A stretch of DNA of 64,000 nucleotides from Escherichia coli. GTDB taxonomy: Bacteria; Pseudomonadota; Gammaproteobacteria; Enterobacterales; Enterobacteriaceae. A program made the translations under genes and the position numbers. The notes under the pieces were generated by a model that worked only from the letters and a program-made list of their open reading frames with translations, had not been told where the DNA came from and did no database searches. The DNA lies in assembly GCF_048403405.1 (NCBI RefSeq), contig NZ_CP183129.1; one strand, written 5' to 3'. This document shows, piece after piece, positions 48,618-63,180 of the stretch (position 1 is the stretch's first letter; every line of letters begins with the position of its first letter).

Positions 48618-49304
48618 ATGTTGTATGGGTTTTCAGGTGTTATTTTACAGGGGGCGCTCGTCACGCTGGAGCTGGCTATCAGCTCTGTAGTGCTCGCTGT
48701 AATCATCGGTTTAATTGGCGCTGGCGGTAAGCTCTCGCAAAATCGGCTTTCGGGGCTGATTTTCGAAGGGTACACCACGCTGATTCGAGGCGTGCCGGAC
48801 TTGGTGTTGATGCTGCTAATTTTCTACGGTTTGCAGATTGCACTAAACACGGTGACGGAGGCGATGGGCGTCGGGCAGATTGATATTGATCCGATGGTCG
48901 CAGGTATTATCACTCTCGGTTTTATCTACGGTGCTTACTTTACCGAAACGTTCCGTGGCGCGTTTATGGCTGTGCCGAAAGGGCATATAGAGGCGGCGAC
49001 GGCGTTCGGTTTTACTCGTGGGCAAGTGTTTCGGCGGATCATGTTTCCGGCGATGATGCGTTACGCCCTGCCAGGCATTGGCAACAACTGGCAGGTGATC
49101 CTCAAATCTACCGCTCTGGTTTCGTTACTTGGCCTGGAAGATGTGGTCAAAGCCACGCAGCTGGCAGGCAAAAGTACCTGGGAACCGTTCTATTTCGCCA
49201 TCGTCTGTGGCGTGATTTACCTGGTTTTCACCACTGTTTCCAATGGTGTGCTGCTGTTCCTTGAGCGCCGCTACTCCGTGGGTGTGAAGAGGGCTGACCT
49301 GTGA
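48618..49304 (+). CDS. hisQ: Histidine ABC transporter permease
   Basis: 228 aa, hydrophobic. Confidence 0.95.
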   Translation: MLYGFSGVILQGALVTLELAISSVVLAVIIGLIGAGGKLSQNRLSGLIFEGYTTLIRGVPDLVLMLLIFYGLQIALNTVTEAMGVGQIDIDPMVAGIITLGFIYGAYFTETFRGAFMAVPKGHIEAATAFGFTRGQVFRRIMFPAMMRYALPGIGNNWQVILKSTALVSLLGLEDVVKATQLAGKSTWEPFYFAIVCGVIYLVFTTVSNGVLLFLERRYSVGVKRADL

Positions 49305-50017
49305 TCGAAATCTTACATGAATACTGGAAACCGTTGTTGTGGACCGACGGTTATCGCTTTACTGGCGTGGCGATCACTCTGTGGCTGCTTATTTTGTCGG
49401 TAGTGATAGGCGGAGTTCTGGCGCTGTTTCTGGCGATTGGTCGCGTCTCAAGTAATAAATACATCCAGTTTCCAATCTGGTTATTTACCTATATTTTTCG
49501 CGGTACGCCGCTGTATGTTCAGTTGCTGGTGTTCTATTCTGGCATGTATACGCTGGAGATTGTTAAGGGGACCGAGTTCCTTAACGCCTTTTTTCGCAGT
49601 GGCCTGAACTGTACCGTGCTGGCGCTGACGCTTAACACCTGTGCTTACACCACCGAGATTTTTGCCGGAGCGATCCGTTCAGTGCCGCATGGGGAAATCG
49701 AAGCCGCCAGAGCCTATGGCTTCTCGACCTTTAAAATGTATCGCTGCATTATTTTGCCTTCTGCGCTGCGTATTGCGTTACCGGCATACAGCAACGAAGT
49801 GATCCTGATGCTGCACTCTACTGCGTTGGCATTTACTGCCACGGTGCCGGATCTGCTGAAAATAGCCCGCGATATTAACGCCGCCACGTATCAACCTTTT
49901 ACCGCCTTCGGCATTGCCGCGGTGCTCTATTTAATCATCTCTTATGTCCTGATCAGCCTCTTTCGCAGAGCGGAAAAACGCTGGTTGCAGCATGTGAAAC
50001 CTTCTTCAACGCACTGA
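49301..50017 (+). CDS. hisM: Histidine ABC transporter permease
   Basis: 238 aa, overlaps the hisQ stop. Confidence 0.95.
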   Translation: MIEILHEYWKPLLWTDGYRFTGVAITLWLLILSVVIGGVLALFLAIGRVSSNKYIQFPIWLFTYIFRGTPLYVQLLVFYSGMYTLEIVKGTEFLNAFFRSGLNCTVLALTLNTCAYTTEIFAGAIRSVPHGEIEAARAYGFSTFKMYRCIILPSALRIALPAYSNEVILMLHSTALAFTATVPDLLKIARDINAATYQPFTAFGIAAVLYLIISYVLISLFRRAEKRWLQHVKPSSTH

Positions 50018-50024
50018 GAATACG

Positions 50025-50798
50025 ATGTCCGAGAATAAATTAAACGTTATCGATTTGCACAAACGCTACGGCGAACACGAAGTGCTGAAAGGGGTTTCAC
50101 TGCAAGCGAATGCCGGAGATGTAATTAGCATCATCGGATCGTCGGGATCGGGGAAAAGTACCTTTCTGCGCTGCATTAACTTCCTCGAAAAACCGAGCGA
50201 AGGATCGATCGTGGTCAATGGCCAGACGATCAATCTGGTGCGCGACAAAGATGGTCAACTCAAAGTCGCCGATAAAAATCAGCTGCGCTTACTGCGCACA
50301 CGCCTGACGATGGTATTCCAGCACTTCAATCTCTGGAGCCATATGACGGTGCTGGAAAACGTCATGGAAGCGCCGATTCAGGTGTTGGGCCTGAGCAAGC
50401 AGGAAGCGCGCGAGCGGGCGGTGAAGTATCTGGCAAAAGTCGGGATAGACGAGCGTGCGCAGGGGAAATATCCGGTGCATCTTTCCGGCGGTCAGCAACA
50501 GCGTGTTTCCATCGCAAGGGCGCTGGCAATGGAACCGGAAGTTTTACTATTTGATGAACCTACCTCGGCGCTCGATCCTGAACTGGTAGGCGAAGTGTTA
50601 CGTATTATGCAGCAACTGGCAGAAGAGGGGAAAACCATGGTGGTAGTGACTCACGAAATGGGCTTTGCTCGCCATGTTTCTACTCACGTCATTTTCCTCC
50701 ATCAGGGGAAAATAGAAGAAGAGGGCGCGCCAGAACAGTTATTCGGTAACCCGCAAAGTCCTCGTCTGCAACAGTTCCTTAAAGGTTCGCTGAAATAA
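50025..50798 (+). CDS. hisP: Histidine ABC transporter ATP-binding protein
   Basis: 257 aa; Walker [10 protein letters not shown], signature LSGGQQQR. Confidence 0.95.
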   Translation: MSENKLNVIDLHKRYGEHEVLKGVSLQANAGDVISIIGSSGSGKSTFLRCINFLEKPSEGSIVVNGQTINLVRDKDGQLKVADKNQLRLLRTRLTMVFQHFNLWSHMTVLENVMEAPIQVLGLSKQEARERAVKYLAKVGIDERAQGKYPVHLSGGQQQRVSIARALAMEPEVLLFDEPTSALDPELVGEVLRIMQQLAEEGKTMVVVTHEMGFARHVSTHVIFLHQGKIEEEGAPEQLFGNPQSPRLQQFLKGSLK

Positions 50799-50993
50799 TT
50801 TCCTCTCCGGTGGCTAACGCTGCCGGAGTATTTCATGGGGAATTTGCGAGTCCGCTTCCGCTGAAATGTAAAAGTTGCAGTCCGCTAAAAATAGTTCTGA
50901 ATTCGCTGTCCAAAGATAAAAACTGCCTGCTGCATTGGGTGTAAATCGTGGTTATTGTCGCGTCATCTTAAATTTGAGGGGTGACGGAACGCC

Positions 50994-51884
50994 ATGACAA
51001 TATCGACAACTTCCACGCCGCATGATGCGGTATTTAAATCTTTTTTACGCCATCCAGACACCGCGCGGGATTTTATTGATATTCATCTTCCCGCGCCGCT
51101 GCGCAAACTGTGTGATTTAACAACACTTAAACTGGAACCAAACAGTTTTATTGATGAAGACCTGCGGCAATATTATTCCGACCTCTTGTGGTCTGTGAAA
51201 ACGCAGGAGGGAGCGGGTTATATTTATGTGGTGATAGAGCACCAAAGTAAGCCAGAGGAATTAATGGCTTTTCGCATGATGCGCTATTCCATTGCGGCGA
51301 TGCAAAACCATCTTGATGCGGGCTATAAAGAGCTTCCATTAGTGATCCCGATGCTGTTTTATCATGGTTGCAGAAGCCCTTATCCATATTCACTCTGCTG
51401 GCTTGATGAATTTGCCGAGCCTGCGATTGCCCGCCAAATTTATTCATCGGCTTTTCCGCTGGTGGATATTACCGTGGTGCCGGATGACGAGATTATGCAA
51501 CATCGCAAAATGGCGCTGTTGGAGTTAATTCAGAAACATATTCGTCAGCGCGATCTGTTGGGATTAGTCGACCAAATTGTTTCGCTGCTAGTTACAGGGA
51601 ACACTAATGACAGACAGCTAAAAGCCCTGTTTAATTACGTATTACAAACGGGGGATGCCCAGCGTTTCCGTGCATTTATTGGTGAGATAGCGGAACGCGC
51701 ACCACAAGAAAAGGAGAAACTGATGACTATTGCTGACAGATTACGTGAAGAAGGCGCAATGCAGGGCAAACACGAAGAAGCCCTGCGTATTGCTCAGGAG
51801 ATGCTGGAAAAAGGATTTGACTACGAAGTCATCCTGACGCTGACCCGACTTTCGCCAGACGATCTTATCGCGCAAAACCACTAA
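50994..51884 (+). CDS. rpnB: Rpn-family recombination-promoting nuclease (transposase_31-like, YfcI)
   Basis: 296 aa; conserved position after hisP. Confidence 0.8.
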   Translation: MTISTTSTPHDAVFKSFLRHPDTARDFIDIHLPAPLRKLCDLTTLKLEPNSFIDEDLRQYYSDLLWSVKTQEGAGYIYVVIEHQSKPEELMAFRMMRYSIAAMQNHLDAGYKELPLVIPMLFYHGCRSPYPYSLCWLDEFAEPAIARQIYSSAFPLVDITVVPDDEIMQHRKMALLELIQKHIRQRDLLGLVDQIVSLLVTGNTNDRQLKALFNYVLQTGDAQRFRAFIGEIAERAPQEKEKLMTIADRLREEGAMQGKHEEALRIAQEMLEKGFDYEVILTLTRLSPDDLIAQNH

Positions 51885-51931
51885 TCCTGTAACACCGGGA
51901 ATTAACTGGCGGATGTTTGCAGTAGACCACA

Positions 51932-52825
51932 TCAGCGAACAACATCCGCCAGCGCCTCTTCTAAATCGTACCAGCGAAACGCAAAACCCGCTTCTTCCAA
52001 CCGTTTAGGCAAGGCGCGTTGACCGCCTAATACCAGTACTGAAGATTCGCCCATTAACAGTCGAATAGCGGTCGCGGGGACGCGCAAAATGGCCGGGCGA
52101 TGCAGCGCATGACCGAGCGCATGGGCAAATTGTTCATTGCGTACCGGGTAGGGCGAAACCATATTAAATGGCCCGCGCAGCTCGTTATCGAGCAGCCAGA
52201 GAATGCCGTTGACCATATCATCAATATGAATCCAGGCCAGATACTGCCGACCGGAACCAATCGGCCCGCCCAGGCCAAGACGAAACGGCGGCAGCATTTT
52301 ACCGAGAATACCGCCATCCGGTGCCAGCACTACGCCGGTACGCAGCAGGCACACTCGCGTTTTGTCACTTTGTGCCCGACAGGCAATTTCTTCCCAGCGG
52401 GCGCAGAGTTTATGAGTAAATTCGTTATGCGGCGGTTCCTCTTCGGTAACCACCACTTCACCTAAGTCGCCATAATAGCCCGTTGCCGAGCCGGAAATGA
52501 GTACCGACGGCGGCGTGTCGCTGGCATTAATCAAATCGACCAGTTTTTGCGTGATATTCCAGCGGCTTTGGCAGAGACGCTCTTTTTGCTCGTGAGTCCA
52601 GCGTTTATCAGCAATCGGTTCTCCGGCCAGGTTGATTACCGCATCAACGCCGTTGAGGTTACTTTGATCGGCAAGCCCTTGCCATAGTGTCACCCGAGGG
52701 CCGAGAACGGAACTGGCTTTCTGCGGGTTACGCGTCACTACCGTGATTTGATGGCCCAGATCCAGCAAACGCGGAATCAAATGGCGACCAATTAATCCCG
52801 TCCCTCCGGTGATCACTATCTTCAT
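51932..52825 (-). CDS. yfcH: Epimerase-family protein YfcH (NAD-binding)
   Basis: 297 aa; [13 protein letters not shown] Rossmann motif. Confidence 0.85.
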   Translation of the reverse strand: MKIVITGGTGLIGRHLIPRLLDLGHQITVVTRNPQKASSVLGPRVTLWQGLADQSNLNGVDAVINLAGEPIADKRWTHEQKERLCQSRWNITQKLVDLINASDTPPSVLISGSATGYYGDLGEVVVTEEEPPHNEFTHKLCARWEEIACRAQSDKTRVCLLRTGVVLAPDGGILGKMLPPFRLGLGGPIGSGRQYLAWIHIDDMVNGILWLLDNELRGPFNMVSPYPVRNEQFAHALGHALHRPAILRVPATAIRLLMGESSVLVLGGQRALPKRLEEAGFAFRWYDLEEALADVVR

Positions 52826-52845
52826 GCAGCCTCCCGATATGGCGG

Positions 52846-53208
52846 TTAACGCTGCCAGCTTAAGGTCATGGATACCGAATCGGCGTAGCGCAGCGCGTGC
52901 AGTTTATCGATCTCCACTTCAGCATACGTCACCCAGTGATGTTCACGTGCGATATCGAGCACATTCTGAGTTAATTTTTCCAGCAAAGAGAAACGGTTAT
53001 TCTCTACATGCTGAATAATGTTTTTCGTTACGGTGCGATAATTCAGCGCATCGTTGATATCTTCGCTAGTGCGCGCTTTATCGGCGGGGTAGTGGATCGT
53101 CACATTGATAACAATATCCTGACGGTTGTTAATTTCTTCTTCCTTAATTCCGATAAACGTACGTAAACGAAGGTTCTTTATACGAATAATAGCGGCAGGT
53201 TGTGCCAT
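52846..53208 (-). CDS. folX: Dihydroneopterin triphosphate 2'-epimerase
   Basis: 120 aa. Confidence 0.9.
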   Translation of the reverse strand: MAQPAAIIRIKNLRLRTFIGIKEEEINNRQDIVINVTIHYPADKARTSEDINDALNYRTVTKNIIQHVENNRFSLLEKLTQNVLDIAREHHWVTYAEVEIDKLHALRYADSVSMTLSWQR

Positions 53209-53264
53209 TGCAGGTTCTCCGTTGTTTTACTTAGAATGAAATAATACACGAGAACCTGTTTCTG

Positions 53265-54741
<1,477 letters not shown>

Positions 54742-54744
54742 TGA

Positions 54745-55299
54745 GTGATGAAACTGATGTTTGCATCGGACATTCATGGGTCGTTACCGGCGACGGAACG
54801 TGTTCTGGAGTTGTTTGCCCAAAGCGGTGCCCAGTGGCTGGTGATCCTTGGCGACGTGTTGAATCACGGCCCGCGTAATGCTTTACCGGAGGGTTACGCG
54901 CCAGCCAAAGTCGCTGAACGGCTTAATGAAGTGGCACATAAGGTTATCGCTGTGCGCGGCAACTGCGACAGCGAAGTGGATCAAATGCTGCTGCATTTCC
55001 CGATAACCGCGCCGTGGCAACAGGTATTACTGGAAAAACAACGTCTGTTTTTGACGCATGGTCATCTTTTTGGCCCGGAAAACCTACCTGCTTTAAACCA
55101 GAACGATGTGCTGGTGTACGGTCATACCCATCTGCCAGTGGCAGAACAGCGGGGGGAGATTTTCCACTTCAACCCCGGCTCGGTGAGTATTCCGAAAGGC
55201 GGTAATCCGGCGAGTTATGGCATGCTGGATAATGACGTACTTAGTGTAATCGCACTCAATGATCAAAGTATCATTGCGCAGGTCGCGATTAATCCGTAA
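54745..55299 (+). CDS. yfcE: Metallophosphoesterase YfcE
   Basis: 184 aa; DIHG...GDVLNHGPRN...GHTH motifs. Confidence 0.85.
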   Translation: MMKLMFASDIHGSLPATERVLELFAQSGAQWLVILGDVLNHGPRNALPEGYAPAKVAERLNEVAHKVIAVRGNCDSEVDQMLLHFPITAPWQQVLLEKQRLFLTHGHLFGPENLPALNQNDVLVYGHTHLPVAEQRGEIFHFNPGSVSIPKGGNPASYGMLDNDVLSVIALNDQSIIAQVAINP

Positions 55300-55356
55300 T
55301 TTACCCACAACTCAAAATGCGCCGTAAGAGCGCCAGAAAAAGAAGGTTTCCTGATA

Positions 55357-55899
55357 ATGGAACAGCGTCGTTTGGCAAGTACTGAATGGGTGGATATTGT
55401 CAATGAAGAGAACGAAGTCATTGCACAAGCCAGCCGGGAACAAATGCGGGCACAGTGTCTGCGTCATCGTGCAACTTACATCGTCGTGCATGATGGCATG
55501 GGCAAAATTCTGGTCCAGCGTCGTACCGAGACAAAAGACTTTTTACCCGGCATGTTAGATGCGACCGCAGGCGGTGTGGTCCAGGCCGATGAGCAACTGC
55601 TGGAATCCGCGCGTCGCGAAGCGGAAGAAGAGTTGGGCATTGCCGGTGTCCCCTTTGCCGAGCACGGGCAGTTCTATTTCGAAGATAAAAATTGCCGTGT
55701 CTGGGGCGCGTTGTTCAGTTGCGTCTCTCACGGTCCCTTCGCCCTACAGGAAGATGAAGTCAGTGAAGTTTGCTGGTTGACGCCGGAAGAAATCACCGCA
55801 CGCTGCGATGAGTTCACTCCAGACTCGCTGAAAGCGCTGGCGTTGTGGATGAAGCGCAATGCCAAAAATGAAGCCGTAGAGACTGAAACGGCAGAATGA
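55357..55899 (+). CDS. yfcD: Nudix hydrolase YfcD
   Basis: 180 aa; Nudix box region REAEEELG. Confidence 0.85.
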
Positions 55900-55931
55900 A
55901 AAAAGAGCCGCAATTGCGGCTCTTAACATTT

Positions 55932-57452
55932 TTAGTGGTAGCCCATCAACTGAGCGCCGATCACTACGACGCTGGACATAATAAACAGCAGTCCAAGCAG
56001 GGTCGCGCCCACCTTCAGCCAGTTACGGAAGTCCACCCGGCACACACCGAGCGTCGCCATTAACGAAGCTGAGGTTGGGTAAATGATGTGGCTGAAGCCA
56101 TCACCAAACTGGAACGCCAGCACGGTAACCTGACGGTTAACACCGACCAGATCGCCAAGCGGTGCCAGTAACGGCATGGTTAACGCCGCCTGACCAGAAC
56201 CGGACGTCACGAAGAAATTAAATACTGCCTGGAAGAGCAACATAAACCAGGCCGCGACCGCATTGTCCAGACCGCTAATGGCATTGGCAATGCTGTTGAG
56301 GATGGTATTTAACACGCTGGCATCACCCGCTTCACCATTACCGACCAGCAGCAAAATCCCTTTGGCGAAACCCACCAGCAGGGCAGGGGCGATCATCATT
56401 CGCGCCCCTTCGGTAAAGGATGAAGCCATGGTATTAACCGTCATGCCGTTAAGGCGGAAAACAACGCCGATGATGCCAATCACCAGACCCATGGTGAAGA
56501 ACTGGCTGGCAATTTCTGGAATAAACCAGGCATTAACGATCACGCCCCAAATCACCCAGACCATTACGGCGGTCAGGACAATCAATACCAGCCAGTCACC
56601 AAAGGTAAACGGACGTTGTTCAACATCCGCCTGCTTTTCACGAAAGAAGCGGTCGGACTCATGCACGCGTGACAGAAGAGGATTCTTTTTCACTCGTGAG
56701 GCGTACACCATGGTAAAGATCAGGCCAATCAGAGTGGCGATAACCCACACCACGATGCGCAACCCGGAGCCAGAAAGCACCGGAACGCCGGCAATCCCCT
56801 GAGCAACAACCACACAAAACGGGTTCATCCACGAACTGGCAAAACCGATTTGCGTGGCGATATAGGTCACCAGGACGGTGGTAATACTGTCATAGCCTAG
56901 CCGGACCATTAGCGGTGCGATGATAATGGCAAAGGCGACGGCCTCTTCTCCCATACCAAATACCGCGCCGCCAAGTGAAAACAGAATAAAGAGCGCAGGA
57001 ATAAAGAGAATTTCATTTCCGCGGGTATGGCGAATAAGCGCCAGGATACCGTTATCAATGGTTCCTGTACGCATCACAATGCCAAACGCGCCGCCAATCA
57101 CCAGCATAAACATGATGATGCCAACGGCTGTCCCGTATTTCGATCCTGAGGTTAACCCTTCAAACGGGAAGTTCATCAGACCCGGGCGTTCATCGCCCGT
57201 CGTGAACAGCTGTACGCGGTGATACTCAGGTTCGCCTGCTTCGTTAGTCAGAATGCGAAAAGAGTGTGGATCTACGACTTTGCGAGTTTTTGTTTGACCA
57301 TCAACCTGATACTGCACTTCCTGACTGTCAAACATCCCCACCGGAACTACCCAGGTGGCAAGGCTGGTTAAAATAGCAACAAAAAAGATAATCACCAACG
57401 TATCGGGCATTGCCCATCTTCTTGTTGGTTTAGATTCAGTGATTGCGGACAT
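55932..57452 (-). CDS. yfcC: Putative transporter YfcC (C4-dicarboxylate anaerobic carrier family)
   Basis: Start trimmed to MSAITESKPTRR; polytopic membrane protein. Confidence 0.85.
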   Translation of the reverse strand: MSAITESKPTRRWAMPDTLVIIFFVAILTSLATWVVPVGMFDSQEVQYQVDGQTKTRKVVDPHSFRILTNEAGEPEYHRVQLFTTGDERPGLMNFPFEGLTSGSKYGTAVGIIMFMLVIGGAFGIVMRTGTIDNGILALIRHTRGNEILFIPALFILFSLGGAVFGMGEEAVAFAIIIAPLMVRLGYDSITTVLVTYIATQIGFASSWMNPFCVVVAQGIAGVPVLSGSGLRIVVWVIATLIGLIFTMVYASRVKKNPLLSRVHESDRFFREKQADVEQRPFTFGDWLVLIVLTAVMVWVIWGVIVNAWFIPEIASQFFTMGLVIGIIGVVFRLNGMTVNTMASSFTEGARMMIAPALLVGFAKGILLLVGNGEAGDASVLNTILNSIANAISGLDNAVAAWFMLLFQAVFNFFVTSGSGQAALTMPLLAPLGDLVGVNRQVTVLAFQFGDGFSHIIYPTSASLMATLGVCRVDFRNWLKVGATLLGLLFIMSSVVVIGAQLMGYH

Positions 57453-57641
57453 AGCGCAAATATTCCCTTGCACAAAACAAAGTGGTAAGTATGCAAAGTG
57501 AGATGGCGCAATTCATTGATGCAGCGCAGCTAAGCAAGATAATCAGAAAGGATTAATGCAAATTAAGAGAATAAAAAACCGGAAATAGTGACTATTTCCG
57601 GTTCAGATATCCGCAGCGCAAAGCTGCGGATGATGACGAGA

Positions 57642-59786
57642 TTACTGCTGCTGTGCAGACTGAATCGCAGTCAGCGCGATGGTGTAGACGATATCGTCAA
57701 CCAGTGCGCCACGGGACAGGTCGTTAACCGGTTTGCGCATACCTTGCAGCATCGGCCCGATGGAGATCAGGTCGGCAGAACGCTGTACCGCTTTGTAGGT
57801 GGTGTTACCGGTGTTCAGATCCGGGAAGATGAACACGGTAGCGCGACCTGCAACCGGAGAGTTCGGCGCTTTGGATTTCGCAACGTCAGCCATTACCGCA
57901 GCGTCGTACTGCAGCGGACCGTCGATCATCAGGTCAGGACGTTTTTCCTGCGCCAGACGAGTTGCTTCGCGAACTTTTTCTACGTCGCTACCAGCACCAG
58001 AAGTCCCGGTGGAGTAGGAGAGCATAGCAACGCGCGGTTCGATACCGAAGGCCGCAGCGGAATCAGCGGACTGAATCGCGATTTCTGCCAGCTGTTCTGC
58101 GGTCGGATCCGGGTTGATCGCACAGTCACCGTAAACGTAAACCTGTTCCGGCAGCAGCATGAAGAACACGGAAGATACCAGGGAGCTGCCCGGTGCAGTT
58201 TTGATCAGCTGCAGCGGCGGACGGATGGTGTTTGCGGTGGTGTGAACAGCACCGGAAACCAGACCATCAACTTCATCCTGTTCCAGCATCAGCGTACCGA
58301 GAACCACGTTGTCTTCCAGCTGTTCGCGGGCAACGGTTTCGGTCATGCCTTTGTTCTTACGCAGTTCGACCAGACGACCAACATAGCTTTCGCGAACCAC
58401 TTCTGGATCAACGATTTCAATGCCTGCACCCAGTTCTACACCCTGAGACGCTGCAACACGGTTGATCTCTGCCGGATTACCCAGCAGTACGCAAGTTGCG
58501 ATACCACGTTCAGCACAGATAGCGGCTGCTTTAACGGTACGCGGTTCGTCACCTTCCGGCAGAACGATACGTTTGCCCGCTTTGCGCGCAAGTTCAGTCA
58601 GCTGATAACGGAACGCTGGCGGAGACAGACGACGGCTGCGCTCAGAAGTGGCAGTCAGAGAATCGATCCAGTCAGCGTTGATGTAGTTAGCAACGTATTC
58701 CTGAACTTTCTCGATACGCTCGTGATCGTCAACCGGAACTTCCAGGTTGAAGCTCTGCAGGCTCAGAGAAGTCTGCCAGGTGTTGGTGTTCACCATAAAT
58801 ACCGGCAGGCCGGTAGCGAAAGCACGTTCGCACAGTTTAGAAATGCGCGCGTCCATTTCGTAGCCGCCAGTCAGCAGCAGGGCACCGATTTCTACGCCGT
58901 TCATGGCAGCCAGGCAAGCGGCAACCAGCACGTCAGGACGGTCTGCGGAAGTCACCAGCAGAGAACCGGCACGGAAGTGCTCCAGCATGTGCGGAATGCT
59001 GCGTGCGCAGAAAGTGACGGATTTAACGCGGCGAGTATTGATGTCGCCTTCGTTGATGATGGTCGCATTCAGGTGGCGAGCCATATCGATCGCACGAGTC
59101 GCGATCAGGTCAAAGCTCCACGGAACCGCGCCGAGAACCGGCAGCGGGCTGGATTCTTGCAGCTTCGCCGGATCAACATTGTTTACTTTAGCTTTGGAAG
59201 AGTCGTCGAAAATCTCGGACAGATCCGGGCGAGTACGACCCTGTTCATCAACCGGTGCGTTCAGTTTGTTAACGATAACGCCGGTGATGTTGGTGTTTTT
59301 GGCACCGCCGAAGCTGTTGCGGGTCAGTTCGATACGCTCTTTCAGCTGTTCCGGGGTGTCAGTGCCCTGAGACATAACGAAGACGATTTCCGCATTCAGC
59401 GTTTTAGCGATTTCGTAGTTCAGAGACTGGGCAAACTGGTGCTTACGTGTCGGGACCAGACCTTCAACCAGAACGACTTCAGCGTCTTTGGTGTTAGCGT
59501 GGTAGTTTGCGACGATCTCTTCCATCAGCACATCTTTCTGATTGCTGGAAAGCAGACCTTCAACGTAGCTCATTTTCAGCGGTTCAGCGGCCGTCGTGGT
59601 GGAAGAGTTCGCACGCACGATAGTGGTAGTCTGATCGGGCGCATCGCCACCGGTACGCGGCTGAGCGATAGGTTTGAAAACGCTCAGACGAACGCCTTTG
59701 CGTTCCATTGCACGGATCACGCCAAGGCTGACGCTGGTCAGACCGACGCTGGTTCCGGTAGGGATCAGCATAATAATACGGGACAC
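57642..59786 (-). CDS. pta: Phosphate acetyltransferase
   Basis: 714 aa, [32 protein letters not shown]. Confidence 0.95.
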   Translation of the reverse strand: MSRIIMLIPTGTSVGLTSVSLGVIRAMERKGVRLSVFKPIAQPRTGGDAPDQTTTIVRANSSTTTAAEPLKMSYVEGLLSSNQKDVLMEEIVANYHANTKDAEVVLVEGLVPTRKHQFAQSLNYEIAKTLNAEIVFVMSQGTDTPEQLKERIELTRNSFGGAKNTNITGVIVNKLNAPVDEQGRTRPDLSEIFDDSSKAKVNNVDPAKLQESSPLPVLGAVPWSFDLIATRAIDMARHLNATIINEGDINTRRVKSVTFCARSIPHMLEHFRAGSLLVTSADRPDVLVAACLAAMNGVEIGALLLTGGYEMDARISKLCERAFATGLPVFMVNTNTWQTSLSLQSFNLEVPVDDHERIEKVQEYVANYINADWIDSLTATSERSRRLSPPAFRYQLTELARKAGKRIVLPEGDEPRTVKAAAICAERGIATCVLLGNPAEINRVAASQGVELGAGIEIVDPEVVRESYVGRLVELRKNKGMTETVAREQLEDNVVLGTLMLEQDEVDGLVSGAVHTTANTIRPPLQLIKTAPGSSLVSSVFFMLLPEQVYVYGDCAINPDPTAEQLAEIAIQSADSAAAFGIEPRVAMLSYSTGTSGAGSDVEKVREATRLAQEKRPDLMIDGPLQYDAAVMADVAKSKAPNSPVAGRATVFIFPDLNTGNTTYKAVQRSADLISIGPMLQGMRKPVNDLSRGALVDDIVYTIALTAIQSAQQQ

Positions 59787-59860
59787 GGTTTATCCTCTTT
59801 CGTTACCGCCGATTTGGCGGGTTACAAAACAGCACCGCCAGCTGAGCTGGCGGTGTGAAA

Positions 59861-61063
59861 TCAGGCAGTCAGGCGGCTCGCGTCTTGCGCGATAACCAGT
59901 TCTTCGTTGGTTGGGATAACCACCGCAGGACGGGTACCTTCTTTGTTGATGAAACCAGATTTGCCGAAACGTGCAGCCAGGTTGCGTTCATGATCAACTT
60001 CAAAGCCCAGCACGCCCAGTTTGCCCAGAGACAGCTCACGAACCATCGCGGCATTTTCACCGATACCACCGGTGAATACAACAGCGTCCAGACGACCATC
60101 CATCAGCGCAGTGTAGGCACCGATGTATTTCGCCAGGCGGTGGCAGTAAACGTCCATTGCGCGCTTCGCGTCTTCTTTCGTCGCGTAGTTGTCTTCAACA
60201 TAGCGGCAGTCGCTGGTCACTTCGGTCAGACCCAGCAGGCCAGACTCTTTGGTCAGCAGTTTGTTGATTGCGTCAACGCTCATGCCCAGGGTGTCGTGCA
60301 GGTGGAAGATGATCGCCGGATCGATATCACCAGAACGGGTACCCATGACCAGACCTTCCAGCGGGGTCAGGCCCATAGAGGTGTCAACGCATTTACCGTT
60401 GCGGATAGCAGAAACGGAACCACCGTTGCCCAGGTGGCAGGTGATGATGTTCAGTTCTTCTACCGGTTTGTTCAGCATTTTTGCCGCTTCCTGGGTTACA
60501 TAGAAGTGGCTGGTGCCGTGCGCGCCGTAACGACGGATGCCGTGCTCTTTGTACAGGTTGTACGGCAGGGCGTAGAGGTAAGACTCTTCCGGCATAGTCT
60601 GGTGGAACGCGGTGTCAAATACAGCAACGTTTTTGTCTTTCAGCTGTGGGAAAGATTTCAGAGCTTCTTCGATACCGATCAGGTGAGCCGGGTTGTGCAG
60701 CGGTGCAAAAGAAGCTGCATCTTTGATACCCTGAATAACAGACTCATCGATCACTACGGAGCTGGTATACTTTTCGCCGCCGTGTACGATACGGTGACCG
60801 ATAGCAGTCAGCTGCGCAGACAGTTCTGGTTTTTGTGCCAGAATAGTATTAACGATAAAGTTGAGCGCTTCGCTGTGAGCGGCGCCTGCACCTAAAGCCG
60901 CTTCCTGTTTATTGCCGTCCATTTTCCATTTGATACGTGCTTCGGGCAGGTGGAAACATTCGGCTAAACCAGAAAGGTACTCTTCACCATTTACTGCATC
61001 GATGATGGCAAATTTCAGTGAAGAACTACCGCAGTTCAGAACCAGTACTAACTTACTCGACAT
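59861..61063 (-). CDS. ackA: Acetate kinase
   Basis: 400 aa, [20 protein letters not shown]. Confidence 0.95.
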   Translation of the reverse strand: MSSKLVLVLNCGSSSLKFAIIDAVNGEEYLSGLAECFHLPEARIKWKMDGNKQEAALGAGAAHSEALNFIVNTILAQKPELSAQLTAIGHRIVHGGEKYTSSVVIDESVIQGIKDAASFAPLHNPAHLIGIEEALKSFPQLKDKNVAVFDTAFHQTMPEESYLYALPYNLYKEHGIRRYGAHGTSHFYVTQEAAKMLNKPVEELNIITCHLGNGGSVSAIRNGKCVDTSMGLTPLEGLVMGTRSGDIDPAIIFHLHDTLGMSVDAINKLLTKESGLLGLTEVTSDCRYVEDNYATKEDAKRAMDVYCHRLAKYIGAYTALMDGRLDAVVFTGGIGENAAMVRELSLGKLGVLGFEVDHERNLAARFGKSGFINKEGTRPAVVIPTNEELVIAQDASRLTA

Positions 61064-61400
61064 GGAAGTACCTATAATTGATACGTGGCTAAAAAAACGT
61101 CAGGGAGCCATAGAGCGTAGCGCATGATGACACCGACATTTATGATTAACATCATGCACTGCAAATTTTTTTTGCATGATGGAAGAAATATCTTGAGTCT
61201 ATGCCATTTTGCGTAATTTTCAGCCAATGGCATAATGTATATGAATTTGACGACTCAATGAATATGTACTACTTAGGCCTTCAGGCTGCTAAAGGATACC
61301 TGATAGTGGGTATGGAAGACAAAATGTTTTGAACGTTGTCCCGCTGAGTTGTGAATTTGCACAAATTTTTGAATCTTTATATGTGAAGTTGAGGTGAAGC

Positions 61401-61856
61401 ATGTCAACGCCGGATAATCGTTCTGTTAATTTTTTTAGCTTGTTTCGCCGGGGACAGCATTACTCAAAGACGTGGCCGATGGAAAAACGCCTTGCCCCGG
61501 TCTTTGTCGAAAATCGCGTTATCAAGATGACGCGTTATGCGATCCGTTTTATGCCGCCGATCGCCGTATTTACTCTCTGCTGGCAGATTGCCCTGGGCGG
61601 TCAGCTTGGGCCGGCAGTTGCCACTGCGCTGTTCGCTTTAAGTTTACCCATGCAGGGATTGTGGTGGCTGGGCAAACGTTCTGTAACGCCATTACCCCCT
61701 GCAATCCTTAACTGGTTTTATGAAGTTCGCGGTAAATTGCAGGAGTCTGGACAGGTGTTGGCACCCGTTGAAGGCAAGCCTGATTACCAGGCATTAGCTG
61801 ACACGCTTAAGCGCGCATTCAAACAACTGGATAAAACTTTCCTTGATGATTTGTAA
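61401..61856 (+). CDS. yfbV: UPF0208 membrane protein YfbV
   Basis: 151 aa. Confidence 0.85.
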   Translation: MSTPDNRSVNFFSLFRRGQHYSKTWPMEKRLAPVFVENRVIKMTRYAIRFMPPIAVFTLCWQIALGGQLGPAVATALFALSLPMQGLWWLGKRSVTPLPPAILNWFYEVRGKLQESGQVLAPVEGKPDYQALADTLKRAFKQLDKTFLDDL

Positions 61857-61860
61857 TTGA

Positions 61861-62433
<573 letters not shown>

Positions 62434-62443
62434 GGAGGCCCGC

Positions 62444-63094
62444 GTGCGGTGCAAAGGTTTTCTGTTTGATCTTGATGGAACGCTGGTGGATTCCCTGCCT
62501 GCAGTAGAACGGGCGTGGAGCAACTGGGCCAGACGTCATGGGTTAGCGCCGGAAGAGGTGCTGGCTTTTATTCACGGTAAACAGGCGATCACCTCTCTGC
62601 GCCATTTTATGGCGGGCAAATCCGAGGCTGATATTGCCGCCGAGTTTACGCGTCTGGAGCAAATCGAGGCCACGGAAACCGAGGGTATTACCGCGCTTCC
62701 GGGGGCAATCGCCTTACTCAATCATTTGAATAAAGCAGGTATTCCGTGGGCCATTGTGACTTCTGGCTCCATGCCGGTAGCGCGAGCGCGCCATAAAGTA
62801 GCTGGGCTTCCCGCACCAGAGGTGTTTGTAACCGCTGAGCGAGTGAAGCGCGGAAAACCAGAACCTGATGCGTATCTGTTAGGCGCGCAGCTGCTTGGGC
62901 TTGCGCCGCAGGAGTGTGTGGTGGTGGAAGATGCTCCCGCTGGCGTGCTTTCTGGCCTGGCGGCGGGTTGTCATGTCATTGCGGTTAACGCTCCGGCAGA
63001 TACCCCGCGCCTGAATGAGGTCGATTTGGTCCTCCACAGTCTGGAGCAAATTACTGTGACCAAACAGCCAAATGGCGATGTTATTATTCAGTGA
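62444..63094 (+). CDS. yfbT: HAD-family sugar phosphatase YfbT
   Basis: 216 aa; FDLDGTLVDS HAD motif I. Confidence 0.85.
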   Translation: MRCKGFLFDLDGTLVDSLPAVERAWSNWARRHGLAPEEVLAFIHGKQAITSLRHFMAGKSEADIAAEFTRLEQIEATETEGITALPGAIALLNHLNKAGIPWAIVTSGSMPVARARHKVAGLPAPEVFVTAERVKRGKPEPDAYLLGAQLLGLAPQECVVVEDAPAGVLSGLAAGCHVIAVNAPADTPRLNEVDLVLHSLEQITVTKQPNGDVIIQ

Positions 63095-63111
63095 AACACC
63101 TGATCATGATT

Positions 63112-63137
63112 TAGCCCCGTCTCGTCGGGGCTTTTTT
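63112..63137 (+). terminator. Intrinsic terminator after yfbT
   Basis: AGCCCCG-tctcgt-CGGGGCT followed by T5. Confidence 0.5.
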
Positions 63138-63180
63138 ATGGCAGAATCAAGTCATCCCCCTCAATTAACAAGGATAAGTT

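Noticed and set aside
50994-51884. Active transposase / insertion sequence (yfcI/rpnB)
   Set aside because: No flanking inverted repeats or target duplication visible; this is the conserved chromosomal Rpn-family gene in its usual position after hisP.
57588-59858. 756-aa plus-strand ORF
   Set aside because: Antisense to pta (57642..59786, minus), whose translation is an unmistakable phosphate acetyltransferase; the plus-strand product is low-complexity and Arg/Gly/Val-rich.
59855-60895. 346-aa plus-strand ORF
   Set aside because: Antisense shadow ORF within ackA (minus strand).
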